In this document: positions 19,223-32,000 of the stretch, in pieces
Position numbering within the stretch: the first letter of the stretch is position 1
How the letters are laid out: the number at the start of each line of letters is the position of its first letter
Source of the DNA: Candidatus Poribacteria bacterium
Lineage (GTDB): Bacteria > Poribacteria > WGA-4E > UBA9662
Direction: 5' to 3'
Assembly: GCA_046582655.1 (NCBI GenBank)
Contig: JAYGDX010000208.1
Location: 30,361-94,360, forward strand
Length of the DNA stretch: 64,000 nucleotides
Position numbers and translations under genes: made by a program
The notes under the pieces: model-generated
The model's database searches: none
What the model saw: only the letters and a program-made list of their open reading frames with translations
What the model was told of the DNA's origin: nothing

Positions 19223-20833
19223 ATGATCGAGCTTTACGATACAACACTAAGAGACGGAAGCCAGGGCGAAAGTGTTACTTTCTCTATCAAGGACAAGATG
19301 CTTATTATTTCTGAACTAGATCAACTAGGCATTCATTTCATTGAAGGAGGATATCCCGGATCTAATCCCAAAGATGTTGATTTTTTTCAACAGGTAAAGT
19401 CCAGGCAACTACAAAATGCGCAGGTTGTTCCATTTGGATCAACCCATCACCCGCGCTTCAAACCGAGCGAAGATCCGAATCTAATGGCGCTACTTGAGAC
19501 AGAAATGCAAACAGTGACAATCTTTGGAAAAACTTGGGAGTTGCATGCGAGAGATGTCCTGCGTGTTGAACCAGAAGAAAACCTCGATTTAATTGAAAGT
19601 TCAATCGAATTTCTGGTAGAGCATGGATGTGAAGTTATTTACGATGCTGAGCATTTTTTCGATGGTTACTACGACAATTCCAGATATGCTATGGAAACAC
19701 TCAAAGCTGCAGGGAGAGCCAAGGCAAAATGTCTGGTTTTATGTGACACCAATGGCGGACGATTGCCGTTAGAGATACAAGAAGCAATACGTGCTGTGAA
19801 GTCAGAGATAAATTTACCATTTGGTATCCATGCACATAATGATTCTGGGGTTGCTGTCGCCAACTCGGTTCTTAGCATCCAAGCGGGGGCGACACATGTA
19901 CAAGGAACATTTAACGGATATGGCGAACGCTGCGGCAATGCGAATCTATCGGCTATAATTCCAAACTTAAAATTGAAATTGGGAATCGATTGTATTGAAG
20001 ATGAACAACTTCAGCGTTTGACCAGTGTCTCACGGTTGATTAGTGAATTAGCTAACTTGCCGCATGACGAACGACAAGCATATGTAGGCAGATCCGCCTT
20101 TGCTCATAAAGGAGGACTCCATACCGACGCGATTCACAAAAATCGGCTGACCTATGAGCATATTGATCCTGTGACTGTTGGAAACGAACAGCGAATCCTC
20201 GTCTCTGAGCAGGCGGGTAGAGGAACACTAATTAAGAAAATTGAGCGTGAATATTCTGGTTACGACAAAGACTCCCCCGAGATTGTTTCCCTTTTTAACA
20301 AATTGAAAGAGGCTGAAAATGAAGGATATCAATATGAAGCTGCAGAAGGATCGTTTGAGCTTTTAACTCATAAGATTTTCAACGAACACCTGTCTTTCTT
20401 TGATCTACTTGGGTTTCGCGTGATTATAGAAAAATCCCAGAATAATAGTATATACACAGAAGCAACCATCAAGCTCGTGGATCGAGAAGGTAGGACCGTT
20501 CATACCGCGGCTGATGGTGATGGTCCTGTTAATGCACTTGATAATGCTCTACGAAAGGCGTTAGAGCAGTTATATCCTGTACTGAAAGAGATCCATTTAG
20601 TGGACTACAAGGTACGGGTTTTAGACACCAAAGCAGGCACTGGTGCAAAGGTACGCGTGCTACTTGAAGCAAGTGATGGCAAGGATATATGGGGTACGGT
20701 TGGTGTCTCCGAAAATATTATCCAGGCTAGCTGGGACGCGTTGACTGACAGTATGGAATACAAACTCTACAAAGATCAGAGGCGGATTGAGAGGGATTTG
20801 ATAGGTCCTGCCTTGGAATCAACTGGCAAATAG
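19223..20833 (+). CDS. cimA: (R)-citramalate synthase (LeuA/CimA family)
   Basis: IELYDTTLRDGSQGE, IEGGYPGSNPKD, YDAEHFFDG, HAHND, GYGERCGNA, AFAHKGGLH, LVDYKVRVL, WGTVGVSENII.ASW.AL typical of bacterial CimA; ATG at 19223 follows AAGGA. Confidence 0.9.
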   Translation: MIELYDTTLRDGSQGESVTFSIKDKMLIISELDQLGIHFIEGGYPGSNPKDVDFFQQVKSRQLQNAQVVPFGSTHHPRFKPSEDPNLMALLETEMQTVTIFGKTWELHARDVLRVEPEENLDLIESSIEFLVEHGCEVIYDAEHFFDGYYDNSRYAMETLKAAGRAKAKCLVLCDTNGGRLPLEIQEAIRAVKSEINLPFGIHAHNDSGVAVANSVLSIQAGATHVQGTFNGYGERCGNANLSAIIPNLKLKLGIDCIEDEQLQRLTSVSRLISELANLPHDERQAYVGRSAFAHKGGLHTDAIHKNRLTYEHIDPVTVGNEQRILVSEQAGRGTLIKKIEREYSGYDKDSPEIVSLFNKLKEAENEGYQYEAAEGSFELLTHKIFNEHLSFFDLLGFRVIIEKSQNNSIYTEATIKLVDREGRTVHTAADGDGPVNALDNALRKALEQLYPVLKEIHLVDYKVRVLDTKAGTGAKVRVLLEASDGKDIWGTVGVSENIIQASWDALTDSMEYKLYKDQRRIERDLIGPALESTGK

Positions 20834-20853
20834 AAACACGGTGGGAGGTAAAA

Positions 20854-21399
20854 ATGAGAGCTTTTCAAAATATTGAAGCGTCCGCTCAGAAAATTATTGA
20901 GATATGTGGCAAGAGCCAGTTAAAAAAAAGTGACAAAGATCATCTTCTCAAGCTACAAGCTGAGATGCATACTAGCATCGAAAACCTTCTAGAATGTGAG
21001 ATATGTGGTTGCATCGTCAGTTTTTTGGTCGAGATCAAAATTGGTAATGTTAGTGCTAAGACCTGTAGAGACTGTGGTATTAAAGCACTTGAAGCTGGTG
21101 AAGTTAAGAAGACATCACCACGTCGAAAATCAAGCAGGACTCGCAATACAACAGCGGGAGCTAAGCGCACTAATATCACGCTTGTGGAGAAGAGTCTACC
21201 AGAAATCCATGCCAAAATTGAAAGTCAAACCGATCTCAAAAAAACAGAAATCCGTAAAATTCAAAAGCTTATTGATGAAATTCCAACACCAATGAATCTG
21301 ACAAACACCGTAGACTATGTTTCAAGAGAAGCAGAAATTGCAAGATTGAAAGTCGATTCAGATGCTTTGAAAAAAGCCATTAAACTAATAATGGCATAA
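20854..21399 (+). CDS. Hypothetical protein with CxxC..CxxC zinc-finger-like motif and basic linker
   Basis: CEIC..CRDC, KKTSPRRKSSRTR; strong GGGAGG RBS. Confidence 0.65.
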   Translation: MRAFQNIEASAQKIIEICGKSQLKKSDKDHLLKLQAEMHTSIENLLECEICGCIVSFLVEIKIGNVSAKTCRDCGIKALEAGEVKKTSPRRKSSRTRNTTAGAKRTNITLVEKSLPEIHAKIESQTDLKKTEIRKIQKLIDEIPTPMNLTNTVDYVSREAEIARLKVDSDALKKAIKLIMA

Positions 21400-21417
21400 T
21401 TTTATGAGGAAGAACTC

Positions 21418-24400
21418 ATGCCAACGATTCGAATTTTACCAATCCTTATCTTAGTTTTCGTTGGTTCCGCAAACGCTGTTACCGTTTCCTTGCGCGGCAA
21501 TGAATCTCAAAGCTCGACTTTTAAAACGCAGATTGGCGAACTGTTTAAGGTTGATATTTTTGTTGAACCGAAAGGTAAATCAATTGCTGGATTTTCCATA
21601 TTTCTTTCTTTTGACAATCAATTTCTTGACATAGTTGATTCGGATCCTGTTAGGGTGGGAACGCAACCGGTGAAAATAAGCCGAGAGGTTCCGGAAAACT
21701 GGAGGGTGTTCGATAACGATACCCATGCTGATCCAGGTAATGGCATAGATCTATTTCAAATTGACTACGTCCAAACCTCAATTGGCGGTGGCGATTTGAT
21801 CACAGATCCGACTGTTATTGGACAACTAACCTTCAAACCTAGTCTAGCAACATCATCGACTTCCATAGTGTTCGATGCCGACATATCTATATCGCGTGTT
21901 ACTGAGATTACCTTTGTCAATGCGGAGAACAATCAACAGCAAGCCGCATTCTCAAAAGTGTCGCCTGCTGTGATATCAGTCGGTGGTGGACCGTTGCTTA
22001 CTAAGACTTTCCCCCCAATTCGTCTTTTGTTAGGGGAAAGCGATAAGTCACTTAATCTCAATGATTACGTCACCGATTCTAACGACTCTAATGATCTTCT
22101 CACATGGTCAGCTGAAGGTGACCACATAGCGATTGAGATTAATCAGTCAACGCATCTAGCAATACTTTCCGTCAGTGATAAGTTTGTTGGCACAACCGAA
22201 GTACTATTTACGGTAAAAGACCCCAAAGGTAATAGCGCTTTTGGCATAGCACAGGTCATGGTTGTGTCGGCCCCCCAAATTTTGCCGTTTCCAAAGATTA
22301 ATTCTCGGGTTGGAAAAACTAAGTCGATTAATCTTGGTAATTATGTGGTTGATCATGATTCGCCAGATCTTAAAGGTTTAAGTTGGGAAATTAGTCAGGG
22401 ATCAAAGCTCCTCGATCTCAACTTAAGCCGTGGTATCCTGACTGTGCGTGGTAAAGTAATACAAATTGATCCAGCTGTAGCAATTGCTTTGAAGGCAACT
22501 GACGCAGATCAACACAGTACCATAGCGCCACTTTTTATCTCCATTTTTTCAGATCAGGAGGCGTTAGTAATCAAAGAAATACCGGAGGTCATTGTAACCA
22601 ATGTGGGGCAAATGATTACGCCAGTCACGGGTATAATACTTGACGATTATGTTTTCGATATTGAATTTCCTTCCAATCGCATGAGTTGGACATTCGATCA
22701 AAGTCAGAATTTGGTACTTGACATTAATCTGGAAAGCCGAAGATTCCATATATTGAAATCGAAAAATGGTTGGATTGGTACCGAGAAGGTAACGCTCCGC
22801 GCGACTAATCCAAGTGGGAAGGCAGTTGCCACTTCAATAGATGTAAGAGTAATCGAAGCTGGTGCACCTCCAATTCTATCTGAAATTCCTGCTATGAAAC
22901 TGCTAGTTAATGATGGAAGTAAGGTTGCGGAAAATCTGAAAACTCTTCAACTTAATTTAAAGAAGTATGTTTTAGACTATAACCATACTCCTAAAGAGAT
23001 GAAATGGGAATCTAGTGATCATCAATTAGTTAAGGTCAACATTAATCCACAGGGAATAGCAACAATCTCTGCTGATCAAGAAACAACAGAGATGATCAGA
23101 GTCTACGCTGTAGATCCAGACGGGAATCGGGACAGTACTAGATTCATCGTCACAGTTATTAACCCGGCTACACCCACTATTAAAGCTTTGCCTGCAATTC
23201 GGCTCAGGTCGGGTGAAAGCATCCAACCATTTGATCTTGATGATTTTGTAACAGATATCTTTACACCGGATGAACGGATCATATGGAAATCTGAAGGTTT
23301 TGATCCAAGGAACCTACTTGTTGAGATTGATAAGCAAAGACGAGTGAAATTTACGGCTAAATCGACATGGCACGGCACAGAAACTGTCAAGTTGACAGCA
23401 ACCAACGAAGCAACCTTATTTCAAACTGTGCCAATTAGCGTAGTTGGCACGGCTAGACCGAAAATCACCTTTAAAACTGACAAACTCGAGATTGGTGAAG
23501 GGTGGCGAGTCATAATTAATCTGGACACAATTGTTAATGATCCGGATACTGAGAAAGATAAACTCAATTGGAAAATCGAACCGATTAAAATCTTATCGGC
23601 TCTCGTTAATCCAGTCAGCCGAACCTTAGTTATTGAAGCACCGAAAAAATCAGCAGGCAATTACAAATTGAACCTCTCCGTTATCGATCCGGACGATAAT
23701 AATGACGCAGCCCCTTTTTCGGTAGCAGTCGTTAATTATAGCAAGTCAAAGCCAGTAATTACTGAACTCAACAAAATCTCCTTCCGGAGCGATCAGACAT
23801 ATTCACTTCCATTGGATAAAGTTATCGTTGATAAGGATACACAGCTCGACCGAATCGCTTGGAGGATATTGGGTAATAAAAAAGTCAAGGTAAGTATCGA
23901 TCCGGGGAGACAGATATCTTTCTCGGCTCTTTCCAAGGATTTCGAAGGGACAGAACTAATTACCTTGATAGCAACAGATCCGGAGGAGCAATCGGATCAA
24001 AAAAGTGTTCTTATTACTGTCGTTCTACCACCGCAAACACCTATAATTAAAGAATTTCCGGAAATCAATATTCACCAAAAAGAGATAGATAACAGTCTTA
24101 AGTTGCCAGATTACGTTTCGGATCGTGACACACCGTTTGAAAAACTCAAGTTCACAATTGTCAACCAAGTTCATACTGCCGTTAAGCTCGATTTGGAATC
24201 GAAGACTTTGGTTATTACTTCTGCCGACAAAGAAGTGGGTAAGGAGGAAGTAACGTTGGTGGCGGAAGATCCTGAAAAGAATCGGGCAAGTCAAACAATT
24301 GTCATTAATGTTGCCAAATCTCCGCCTATTGAACCGCCCACGTTGCTAGAGTTTCCTGTGCTGTCTATTAAGCTATCCGAGTTGCTGGACGCTAAACCAT

Positions 24401-25854
24401 TTACTATAAAACTTGATGATTTTGTTCAGGACAAAGACACAGATAAGAAAAGTCTAAACTGGAGTATCAATGAAGGATCGGATAATGTCAAAGGAGAGAT
24501 TGAATCGAAAACTCGGGTCGCGACAATTACGATTCTTAAAAAAGATTTTACTGGGGATGAAGGATTATCGATCAAAGTCAGCGATCCAGAAGGGAAAGAG
24601 GCCAAAGGCAAAATTCAGGTGACCGTGATTGATGATAGTCCCAAGCCCCCCCAAATTGTTGATTTGCCAAGTCAGATCACCTTCAAATGCGGTATTCCAG
24701 AGGTGTCCCTAGATCTTAGTAAGTACGTGAAGGATCCGGATAGCCCAATGGACAGCCTAAAACTAACATTGAGTTCAGAGTCAAAAAAGATATTGATTGA
24801 GGATATAGATCCATTATCGCAAATCGTTAAAATTGCACCGGTATCGGATTTTACTGGAGCTGAAGTTCTTACCTTTACTGTCACAGACCCAGGTGGGTTA
24901 ACTGCTACAGATCAGTTACCTGTCTTCATTGAGGCGACTGGTGTTGATAGCAATCCGCCTGTTTTACCTGCTTCGATATCAATTGAAATCACGCCAGACA
25001 AACCTCAATCTGTCAATCTAAATGAAATAGTCTTTGACGCTGACACTCCAACATCGCGGATTAGTTGGTCTTGGGAAAGTAACGAGAAATTTGACTTTGA
25101 GGTCAACGAGGAAACAAAAATCGGACAACTCACGCTCAAAAACATGTATCAAGACTTCCGTGGTACTGAATCAATTCCGTTATCAGCAGAAGATCAGGAA
25201 TGTGGAAGTGCTTCAACTATACTGAGAGTCACAGTTCTGGATCCTCCGGATACAACACCTCCGAGTTTCACAATTTACTTACTGCCGAATCCCATTCAAC
25301 CCGATTTTTTGACTGTAAACGTACAAGCATCCGAGCAACTCAAAACAAGACCTAAACTGAAGATCAACGATGAAAACGTGCCCATTCAGCCGAACGGAGA
25401 TGTGCCACTAACATGGAGTAGTATCTACATCGTGCCGAAAGACTTCGTAGGATTGATTGAATTCATCGTCACCGGTGAAGATACCGCAGGGTTAAGCAAG
25501 ACAGAATCAAAAATCCTTGAACGCAGCGCGTTACCATCAGCACCTAAAGAACCACGGGTAAGATTGACAAAACTGTTCCCGAACTATCCAAATCCGTTTA
25601 ATCCTGAAACTTGGATTCCCTACCAGCTAGCTGAATCATCAAATGTGATAATCAAAATATACTCCGATTCTGGATTCTTAGTTAGGGAGCTCAACCTCGG
25701 GTATCAACATGCTGGATGCTACATTGACCGCAACAAGGCTATCCACTGGGATGGTCGAAACAGTTTGGGGGAAGTTGTCGCCGCCGGTCTTTATTTCTAT
25801 CAACTGATAGCTGATGACTTCACCAAAACTCGACCTGCCTTGATTGTTAAGTGA
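21418..25854 (+). CDS. Large secreted protein: N-terminal cohesin-like domain, about 10-11 tandem cadherin/Ig-like (tandem-95 type) repeats, FlgD-Ig/T9SS-like C-terminal domain
   Basis: Signal peptide ending ANA; repeats of L.L.DYV.D.D....L.W..F.G.E.V...ATDP.G; terminal LFPNYPNPFNPETWIPYQL..WDGRNSLGE.VAAGLYFY. Confidence 0.82.
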   Translation: MPTIRILPILILVFVGSANAVTVSLRGNESQSSTFKTQIGELFKVDIFVEPKGKSIAGFSIFLSFDNQFLDIVDSDPVRVGTQPVKISREVPENWRVFDNDTHADPGNGIDLFQIDYVQTSIGGGDLITDPTVIGQLTFKPSLATSSTSIVFDADISISRVTEITFVNAENNQQQAAFSKVSPAVISVGGGPLLTKTFPPIRLLLGESDKSLNLNDYVTDSNDSNDLLTWSAEGDHIAIEINQSTHLAILSVSDKFVGTTEVLFTVKDPKGNSAFGIAQVMVVSAPQILPFPKINSRVGKTKSINLGNYVVDHDSPDLKGLSWEISQGSKLLDLNLSRGILTVRGKVIQIDPAVAIALKATDADQHSTIAPLFISIFSDQEALVIKEIPEVIVTNVGQMITPVTGIILDDYVFDIEFPSNRMSWTFDQSQNLVLDINLESRRFHILKSKNGWIGTEKVTLRATNPSGKAVATSIDVRVIEAGAPPILSEIPAMKLLVNDGSKVAENLKTLQLNLKKYVLDYNHTPKEMKWESSDHQLVKVNINPQGIATISADQETTEMIRVYAVDPDGNRDSTRFIVTVINPATPTIKALPAIRLRSGESIQPFDLDDFVTDIFTPDERIIWKSEGFDPRNLLVEIDKQRRVKFTAKSTWHGTETVKLTATNEATLFQTVPISVVGTARPKITFKTDKLEIGEGWRVIINLDTIVNDPDTEKDKLNWKIEPIKILSALVNPVSRTLVIEAPKKSAGNYKLNLSVIDPDDNNDAAPFSVAVVNYSKSKPVITELNKISFRSDQTYSLPLDKVIVDKDTQLDRIAWRILGNKKVKVSIDPGRQISFSALSKDFEGTELITLIATDPEEQSDQKSVLITVVLPPQTPIIKEFPEINIHQKEIDNSLKLPDYVSDRDTPFEKLKFTIVNQVHTAVKLDLESKTLVITSADKEVGKEEVTLVAEDPEKNRASQTIVINVAKSPPIEPPTLLEFPVLSIKLSELLDAKPFTIKLDDFVQDKDTDKKSLNWSINEGSDNVKGEIESKTRVATITILKKDFTGDEGLSIKVSDPEGKEAKGKIQVTVIDDSPKPPQIVDLPSQITFKCGIPEVSLDLSKYVKDPDSPMDSLKLTLSSESKKILIEDIDPLSQIVKIAPVSDFTGAEVLTFTVTDPGGLTATDQLPVFIEATGVDSNPPVLPASISIEITPDKPQSVNLNEIVFDADTPTSRISWSWESNEKFDFEVNEETKIGQLTLKNMYQDFRGTESIPLSAEDQECGSASTILRVTVLDPPDTTPPSFTIYLLPNPIQPDFLTVNVQASEQLKTRPKLKINDENVPIQPNGDVPLTWSSIYIVPKDFVGLIEFIVTGEDTAGLSKTESKILERSALPSAPKEPRVRLTKLFPNYPNPFNPETWIPYQLAESSNVIIKIYSDSGFLVRELNLGYQHAGCYIDRNKAIHWDGRNSLGEVVAAGLYFYQLIADDFTKTRPALIVK

Positions 25855-25868
25855 TACACCTCCCCAGA

Positions 25869-25897
25869 TTGACATCCCCCTTCATTTTGGATAAAAT
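25869..25897 (+). promoter_or_regulatory. sigma70-type promoter for the 3368-aa gene
   Basis: TTGACA-N17-TAAAAT. Confidence 0.6.
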
Positions 25898-26084
25898 ATT
25901 CAAGTTAAACTGAAAAATTCTCCTGCTAAATTTCTGCAATAAGGGGACAGTTGTCCTCAACTTGATTGGGGAATAGCTAAATCCATATAGTAGTAAATGA
26001 AGGGTAAAGTAGGAAGTCTCCAATTTTGCTATCCCTATTTCTAATTTTTTACATCTTCAGTATTATTTAAGATTATCCAGAACC

Positions 26085-29000
26085 ATGTTAGGCTCCAAAA
26101 GATTATTTCTAAGTGTCCTTTTTCTTGTTTTGATCCCTTTTTTTGCATATGCACAGCAAACTCCGGAAACTAGAATTATTAGCGGTGTCAGCGGAACAGT
26201 TTCACACGGAGATGTTGTTTTTATGTGGATGGGACAATCTACGGATAGACCTATTCTTGGCTATTACTACACCTTGGGAAATGCTGAGCCTGTCTTTACT
26301 GATGCAACTCAGGTTACTTTCTTCGATCTGTTCGATGGCATTTACTCTTTTTCTATCAGTGCAATTGATATTGATGGGGTTATTGATCCGACACCAGCTT
26401 TTGAAAACTTCCAAGTTAGTCGTAACGTCCAACTGGAAGTTGAATTTAATGGACAGAGCAATTTCGCAAATTACCTTCAGAGCGGCAGAATTCTGCAAGG
26501 TATGAGTCTGAATCAGCATGATGACGATTGGTATAAATTTGATGTTTCCAACGTAGGTGCCATTACTGTCAGTTTAAAACGAGTGGGAGGCACTGGATTA
26601 GCTACGGCAAAGATTTATCAAAAGATTGCTTCCGATGCTAACAAGATAGCAGAATTTCATATTGATCAGCAGAATGCCCAGCGTCAGATAATGACCATCG
26701 GTGTTGCTGAGGGTAGCTATTTTATTCAGATCCAGCCGGGTATTGTTGATTTCGATTTTACGGGTTATACGCTTGCTGTTTCACCAAACAAACTGGGAGA
26801 TGGCGTAGCTTGGGATGTTGAAAATAATGATACATTTGCTGATGCGTCCCCTTTGAAGTTTCCTGCGAATCAGCAACTTACCCTTATCGGCAGTCAAAAT
26901 AGCATAGGTGATCTCGATTGGTTTACACTTCAGATTTTGCGACGACAGAAACTCAAGGTTATCTTTGAGCGTCTCGGGGCATCCAGCCAAACAATGACCT
27001 ATCTATACCGATCACCAGTGGGGAACGAGGTCAGTCGACAGGTCGGTCTACTGGAAGCGACTACCCTGAACGGGCATTTTGCTCAACTTGAAACCTACGT
27101 TGCTCCGGGTAACTACCTCTTCAAAATAGACAATGGGACTTTCCAAGAAGCTATAAACTATGTTGTTCTGCTCCAGTTGGAAGAAATAGGAGTGGGAATG
27201 ATCACCGAGTTTGAACCGAATAATATCTCTCCTTTATTGAATCCGAACAGTGCTGATCGTATTAGTTTGGGAAAAACGCTTGTCGGGTCAAGTTGGAATG
27301 GGAATGAAGACATAGATTGGTTCCAGATCAGCATACCAAATCTAGATCGTTTAGATCAGAGTATTCTCCATATTAGTTTTGAGCGTTCGCTAGGAATTGG
27401 TTCAACACGATTAGAGGTTTTTAGTCACAGCGGTATCAAAGTCGGTGAACTGAAGATTTCTGCCCAAAACGATCAAAGCGGTCAACTTTCGGTGCCAGTA
27501 AACAACCGGACGCTAATTCTTCGGTTGACTCCAACTCATGAATCAGCTATGGCAGACTATAGGCTTCGACCAACATTGATCAAATCTGCTCGTCATTTGG
27601 CAGAAAAGGCACTGGTCCTAGATGAAAAGTTGATAGTTGAAGTCAAGTTAAGCCAATCTGTGAGTGCAGCAACTTTTGACCTAATCGGTGATTTCACCTC
27701 GCCTTCCGCAGATTTTCGGACGAAAAATATCCCGTTGATTGCAACAGAATCCTCTGGTAATGACACCGCTCTAACAGGTAGTTACCAAATGTTATTAGGT
27801 GATGATGCTACTTCGGTGACTGTTATGGTTAAACTCACGGACTCGGATAATCGAATCCTCAATATCAATTTGCCCAATCAGATTGAAATCGATACAACCG
27901 TCCCTGAAATTAAGCTTTTAGAACATAATGGACGTGGAGTTCTTATAGCTGGGGACCAATTGGAAGTTGTGCTTCACGGTGATGTTGAAGATGTAGAAGC
28001 CTCTGTCGAAATTATCGATGCTGAAACCGGATTTAAAGCCGTAAAGATCCCGATGAAACGAATAGATAACAACTGGCAGGCTATCTACCAGGTGAAGCCC
28101 AGCGACACCATTAAGAATGGGATTGTTGTCGCCCGGTTAACTGATGATGCCGGAAATACGGCAACAGCACAGACCCAGCGACAAGTGAATTTAATAGGGA
28201 AATCTCCCAAAATTATATCGGTAGATCACGACGCAGACCTGCCATTGGGACTTGGTCAAACGTTAACAGTTACAATGGTTGCGACGACTAATGGAACTGC
28301 TACGTTTTCGATTAATGACCCAACTTCTATGACCGGCGATGGACAAGGCGTTTACGTGGGCAGGTATATTGTGCAGGAAGGGGATCAACTGAAAGACGCA
28401 AAGATTAGCATCGGTTTTGTTGATCAAAGCGGTCAAAGGGTTGACATCGAAGTTTCTAAATCACTGACCATAGACGGCAATTTGCCTGAATCTGTCCGTG
28501 TGCTGGAAGCAGTGGATGTGCCAGACGATCAAGGATTTAGGATACATCTTAAGTGGGAACCTTCTGTCGATCCGACACTTTCACACTATAATGTTTACTT
28601 GTCAGACCGACCAATCCGAGAGGTTGGTAAACCCATACTTGGAAACCTCAAGACAACAAGTACTGTCCTAAGTGTTCCATTAAATAATGTTCCGTTTTAC
28701 ATAGCCATCACGGCTACCGACAGTGTGGGTAACGTGTCTCGTATATCTGCTGAATCTGTGGTGAATAGAGTCAAGACAATTGACAATCTACCACCTAATC
28801 CTGTCGTGCTAGTATCTGCTATCGATACGCCAGATGATGCGGGCAAGAGTGTTACTGTGTCTTGGACACATCCGAGTTTTGATTCCGATTTTCATAAATA
28901 TAGAATTTACGCTTCTGAACTATCTCCAACCAATTCCTCCGCGGTTCTTGAACTCCAATCTGAAATCTTTAACGTCGCCTTAACTTCAGTTGACGTGTCA

Positions 29001-32000
29001 ACTGTTATTGATAACAAAGACCAGTTTTTTTTAGTCACTGCTATTGATAAATCTGGCAATGAATCGGCTATTGTTGAGGGTGCCATCTCCGCAGCGACAC
29101 ATTCGACTGCTAATGTTATTTTAGATTCCGATGGATTGCTTCGTTTTCAGACAGCGCCGATCGGCCTCATTCATTACAATTCTCCCTCTTTCCGATGGAG
29201 TTCGTTTCGGTCTGAGACGAAGTACCGTTATCAATTGGATCAGCACTCGCCCCGGATCATAAACGCCACCAAACTTCTGCTCAGGGATCTAGCACCAGGT
29301 AGTCACCAATTGCGGGTCGAAACCCTAGACGGAAAGCAATCGGTAATCAGACGATTTTCTGTTTCTGATTCATTGCTTAGTGAAAACGAGCCCAACAATA
29401 ATTCTGATCAAGCTAATAATTTGCCACTCAACTGGGAAATTCGAGCTGATGCAGCTGATATCGATTTTTATCAGATTCAAGTGGAACATAAGGGGGTCTT
29501 AGACATCTATCTCGGTCGAAACATCTCCCCATTAACAATCACTGTTTATCGAGGGCAGCAACCTATTGCCGTTGGTCAAGTTCAGCCGAACAAGTTAAGT
29601 CCTATCAGCATCGGCGTGTTGCCCGAATCCTATCTAGTAGTTGTAGAGAATGATAGTCAAGCTGTTAGTCTCTACAGTTTAAGCACGCAGTTTACAATCA
29701 GCGAAATGTGGGAAACTGAGCCCAATGATCAGGTTGCTTCCCCAATGCCAATTGACACTGTCATCAGAGGCTCTCAGACCAGACAAGGAGATCGGGATCT
29801 TCATCGGCTTCAGCTGAACCAAGCCGGTTTGCTGGTTGTCAACGTAACCAGTGAAGATGAGAACCCAAACATGGAACTCATTCTCAAAGATGAGACAGGT
29901 GTTGTTGGCCGATCCAAGGAATCTGTCATGACTGCAGAGGTAAAAAGTGGAACATACTTTTTAGAGATTACTCCCGAAAGCGAATATCGTTTGATAGCCA
30001 CACTTGTTGAGCGTGCCAATTTCTGGATTGATGATGGAACCAAAAACCCACCCAGGAACCTGCTACGATCTGGCGATAGTCTAGTTGTTGATATCAGCTG
30101 GCATGGTGAAACCAGTTTTTCACTTGACGGGGTAACATCAGAGGTCGCACTAAAAAATCCCGCCAGCATCAAGATTCCTAACAATCTGGACATTTCGGAT
30201 GTGTCAATTGGGGTTACACTGGTAAACAGCCGTCAAAACGCTATTCATTTTGAACTTTCACCGCCTCTTGAGATTCATACAACTACCCCAAATAGCATTC
30301 AAAACCTTGTAGCTTTTGATACGCCGGACGACGCTGGAGGGAATGTTACGCTGTCATGGGCACGTCCAGGCGACCTAGCTAATCTAGCAGGATACAAAAT
30401 CTACCTGTTTGATGAAGGTCCAGAAGAAGATCCATCAGCATCCAGGCTTGAATCTGAAGTAAATGATCCGTTAATAACCCAAATTAGCATTTCAACGGAT
30501 GTTGATGACATTGATCTTTTTTTTGCTGTAATCGCTGTGGATTTGTACGGCAACGAGTCTAAAATCACAGATTCATCAACCGATGGTCCAGTGCGATCCA
30601 CCAATAACAAGATGCCACCGAACATTATTTCTGCCCGCCATAACGCAACTAAAACTTTGGTTAATGGTGACATTTTAAATGTCGAATTAACTGGTGATAG
30701 ATCTAAGACTGCTAGTTTCTCAATTACAGGTGTTGTTGAAAACATAAAGTTGTTTGACGATGGCAAACATGACGATAAAGAAGCTAACGATGGTCATTAT
30801 GCTGGGAGTTATCAGGTAAAACCGAAAGATCTTGCCATCAATACACTGGTTGAAGTGACATTGAATGACGGTAAAGGGAATCATGCGACTCAAGCTGTAG
30901 CACCTACGATATCTGTCGATGCAATACCACCGCGAATTAAAGAATTGGCTCATGATGCTAAAACGCCATTGAAAGCTGGAGATACCCTCAGTATCAGTTT
31001 ACTTGCTGAATCGAATATAATCGTGAAGTTTGAAATTGTTGATAAGGACAGAATAGTAATTGACACCAATCGGTTTAGTCTCGTCCAAAACATTCAACTT
31101 GAAGACAACCAGAAACCGGATGGGGATAAAGCCTTTACAATGCCGATGATAGATTTCCGCTCATCATTGGTTATTCAAGAAGGGGATGATTTAACAGACG
31201 GACATGTACGGGCTACGGTGCAGAAACTTACTGGCAAGGCGATCATTTTGATGTCAACCACGGCGCTGACCGTCGATACAATTTCTCCGGACAAGGTTGC
31301 CGATCTGACTGCTGTTGATCGGCCGAGTGATCAAGGGTATGTTGTTCGTCTCTCTTGGCAGGCAAATCAAAATTCGGATTTTGACCACTACCGAATCTAT
31401 CTGAGCAACACCCCAATTTCTCCCTATTCCCTAGAGTCAATCAAATTTTTAACTACTAAAACCGAATCTGAAATGGTTAAGGTCGAACAGAATAATGCTG
31501 ATATTTACTTGGCTGTAACAGCAGTTGATGTAGCAGGTAACATCCAACAAGACCTGTCTATGGTAACAACGCAAGCGATTGATAATATTCCGCCGGTACC
31601 AGTACAGATTGTTCTAGCAACGGACAGTCCAAACGATTTTGGAGGTCAGGTAACCTTAGCACTGCGATCGCCTAACTTCGAACCCGATTTTGCTGGTTAC
31701 CGTGTCTACGTTTCAGGAGATAAGATTGCGGCAACTCAAGGGTTGAGACCTATTCTGACCATTCCTGATCGAAACCTGGTTAACATAGATGTACCGTCAC
31801 CAAGTGATAAGCAACCCTATTTTTATGCCATTACAGCTATCGATACCTCAGCCAACGAATCGCAACTTAACACCGGTTCTGTGACACTAGCTATTCAATC
31901 TGCTAACAACATCGGACGTGAGATAGAAAATCCTGTCCAGATTGTCAGTGGACCGATTGGTACTGTACGACGAAAAGCGGTCACTTTCCACCTTTTTAGT

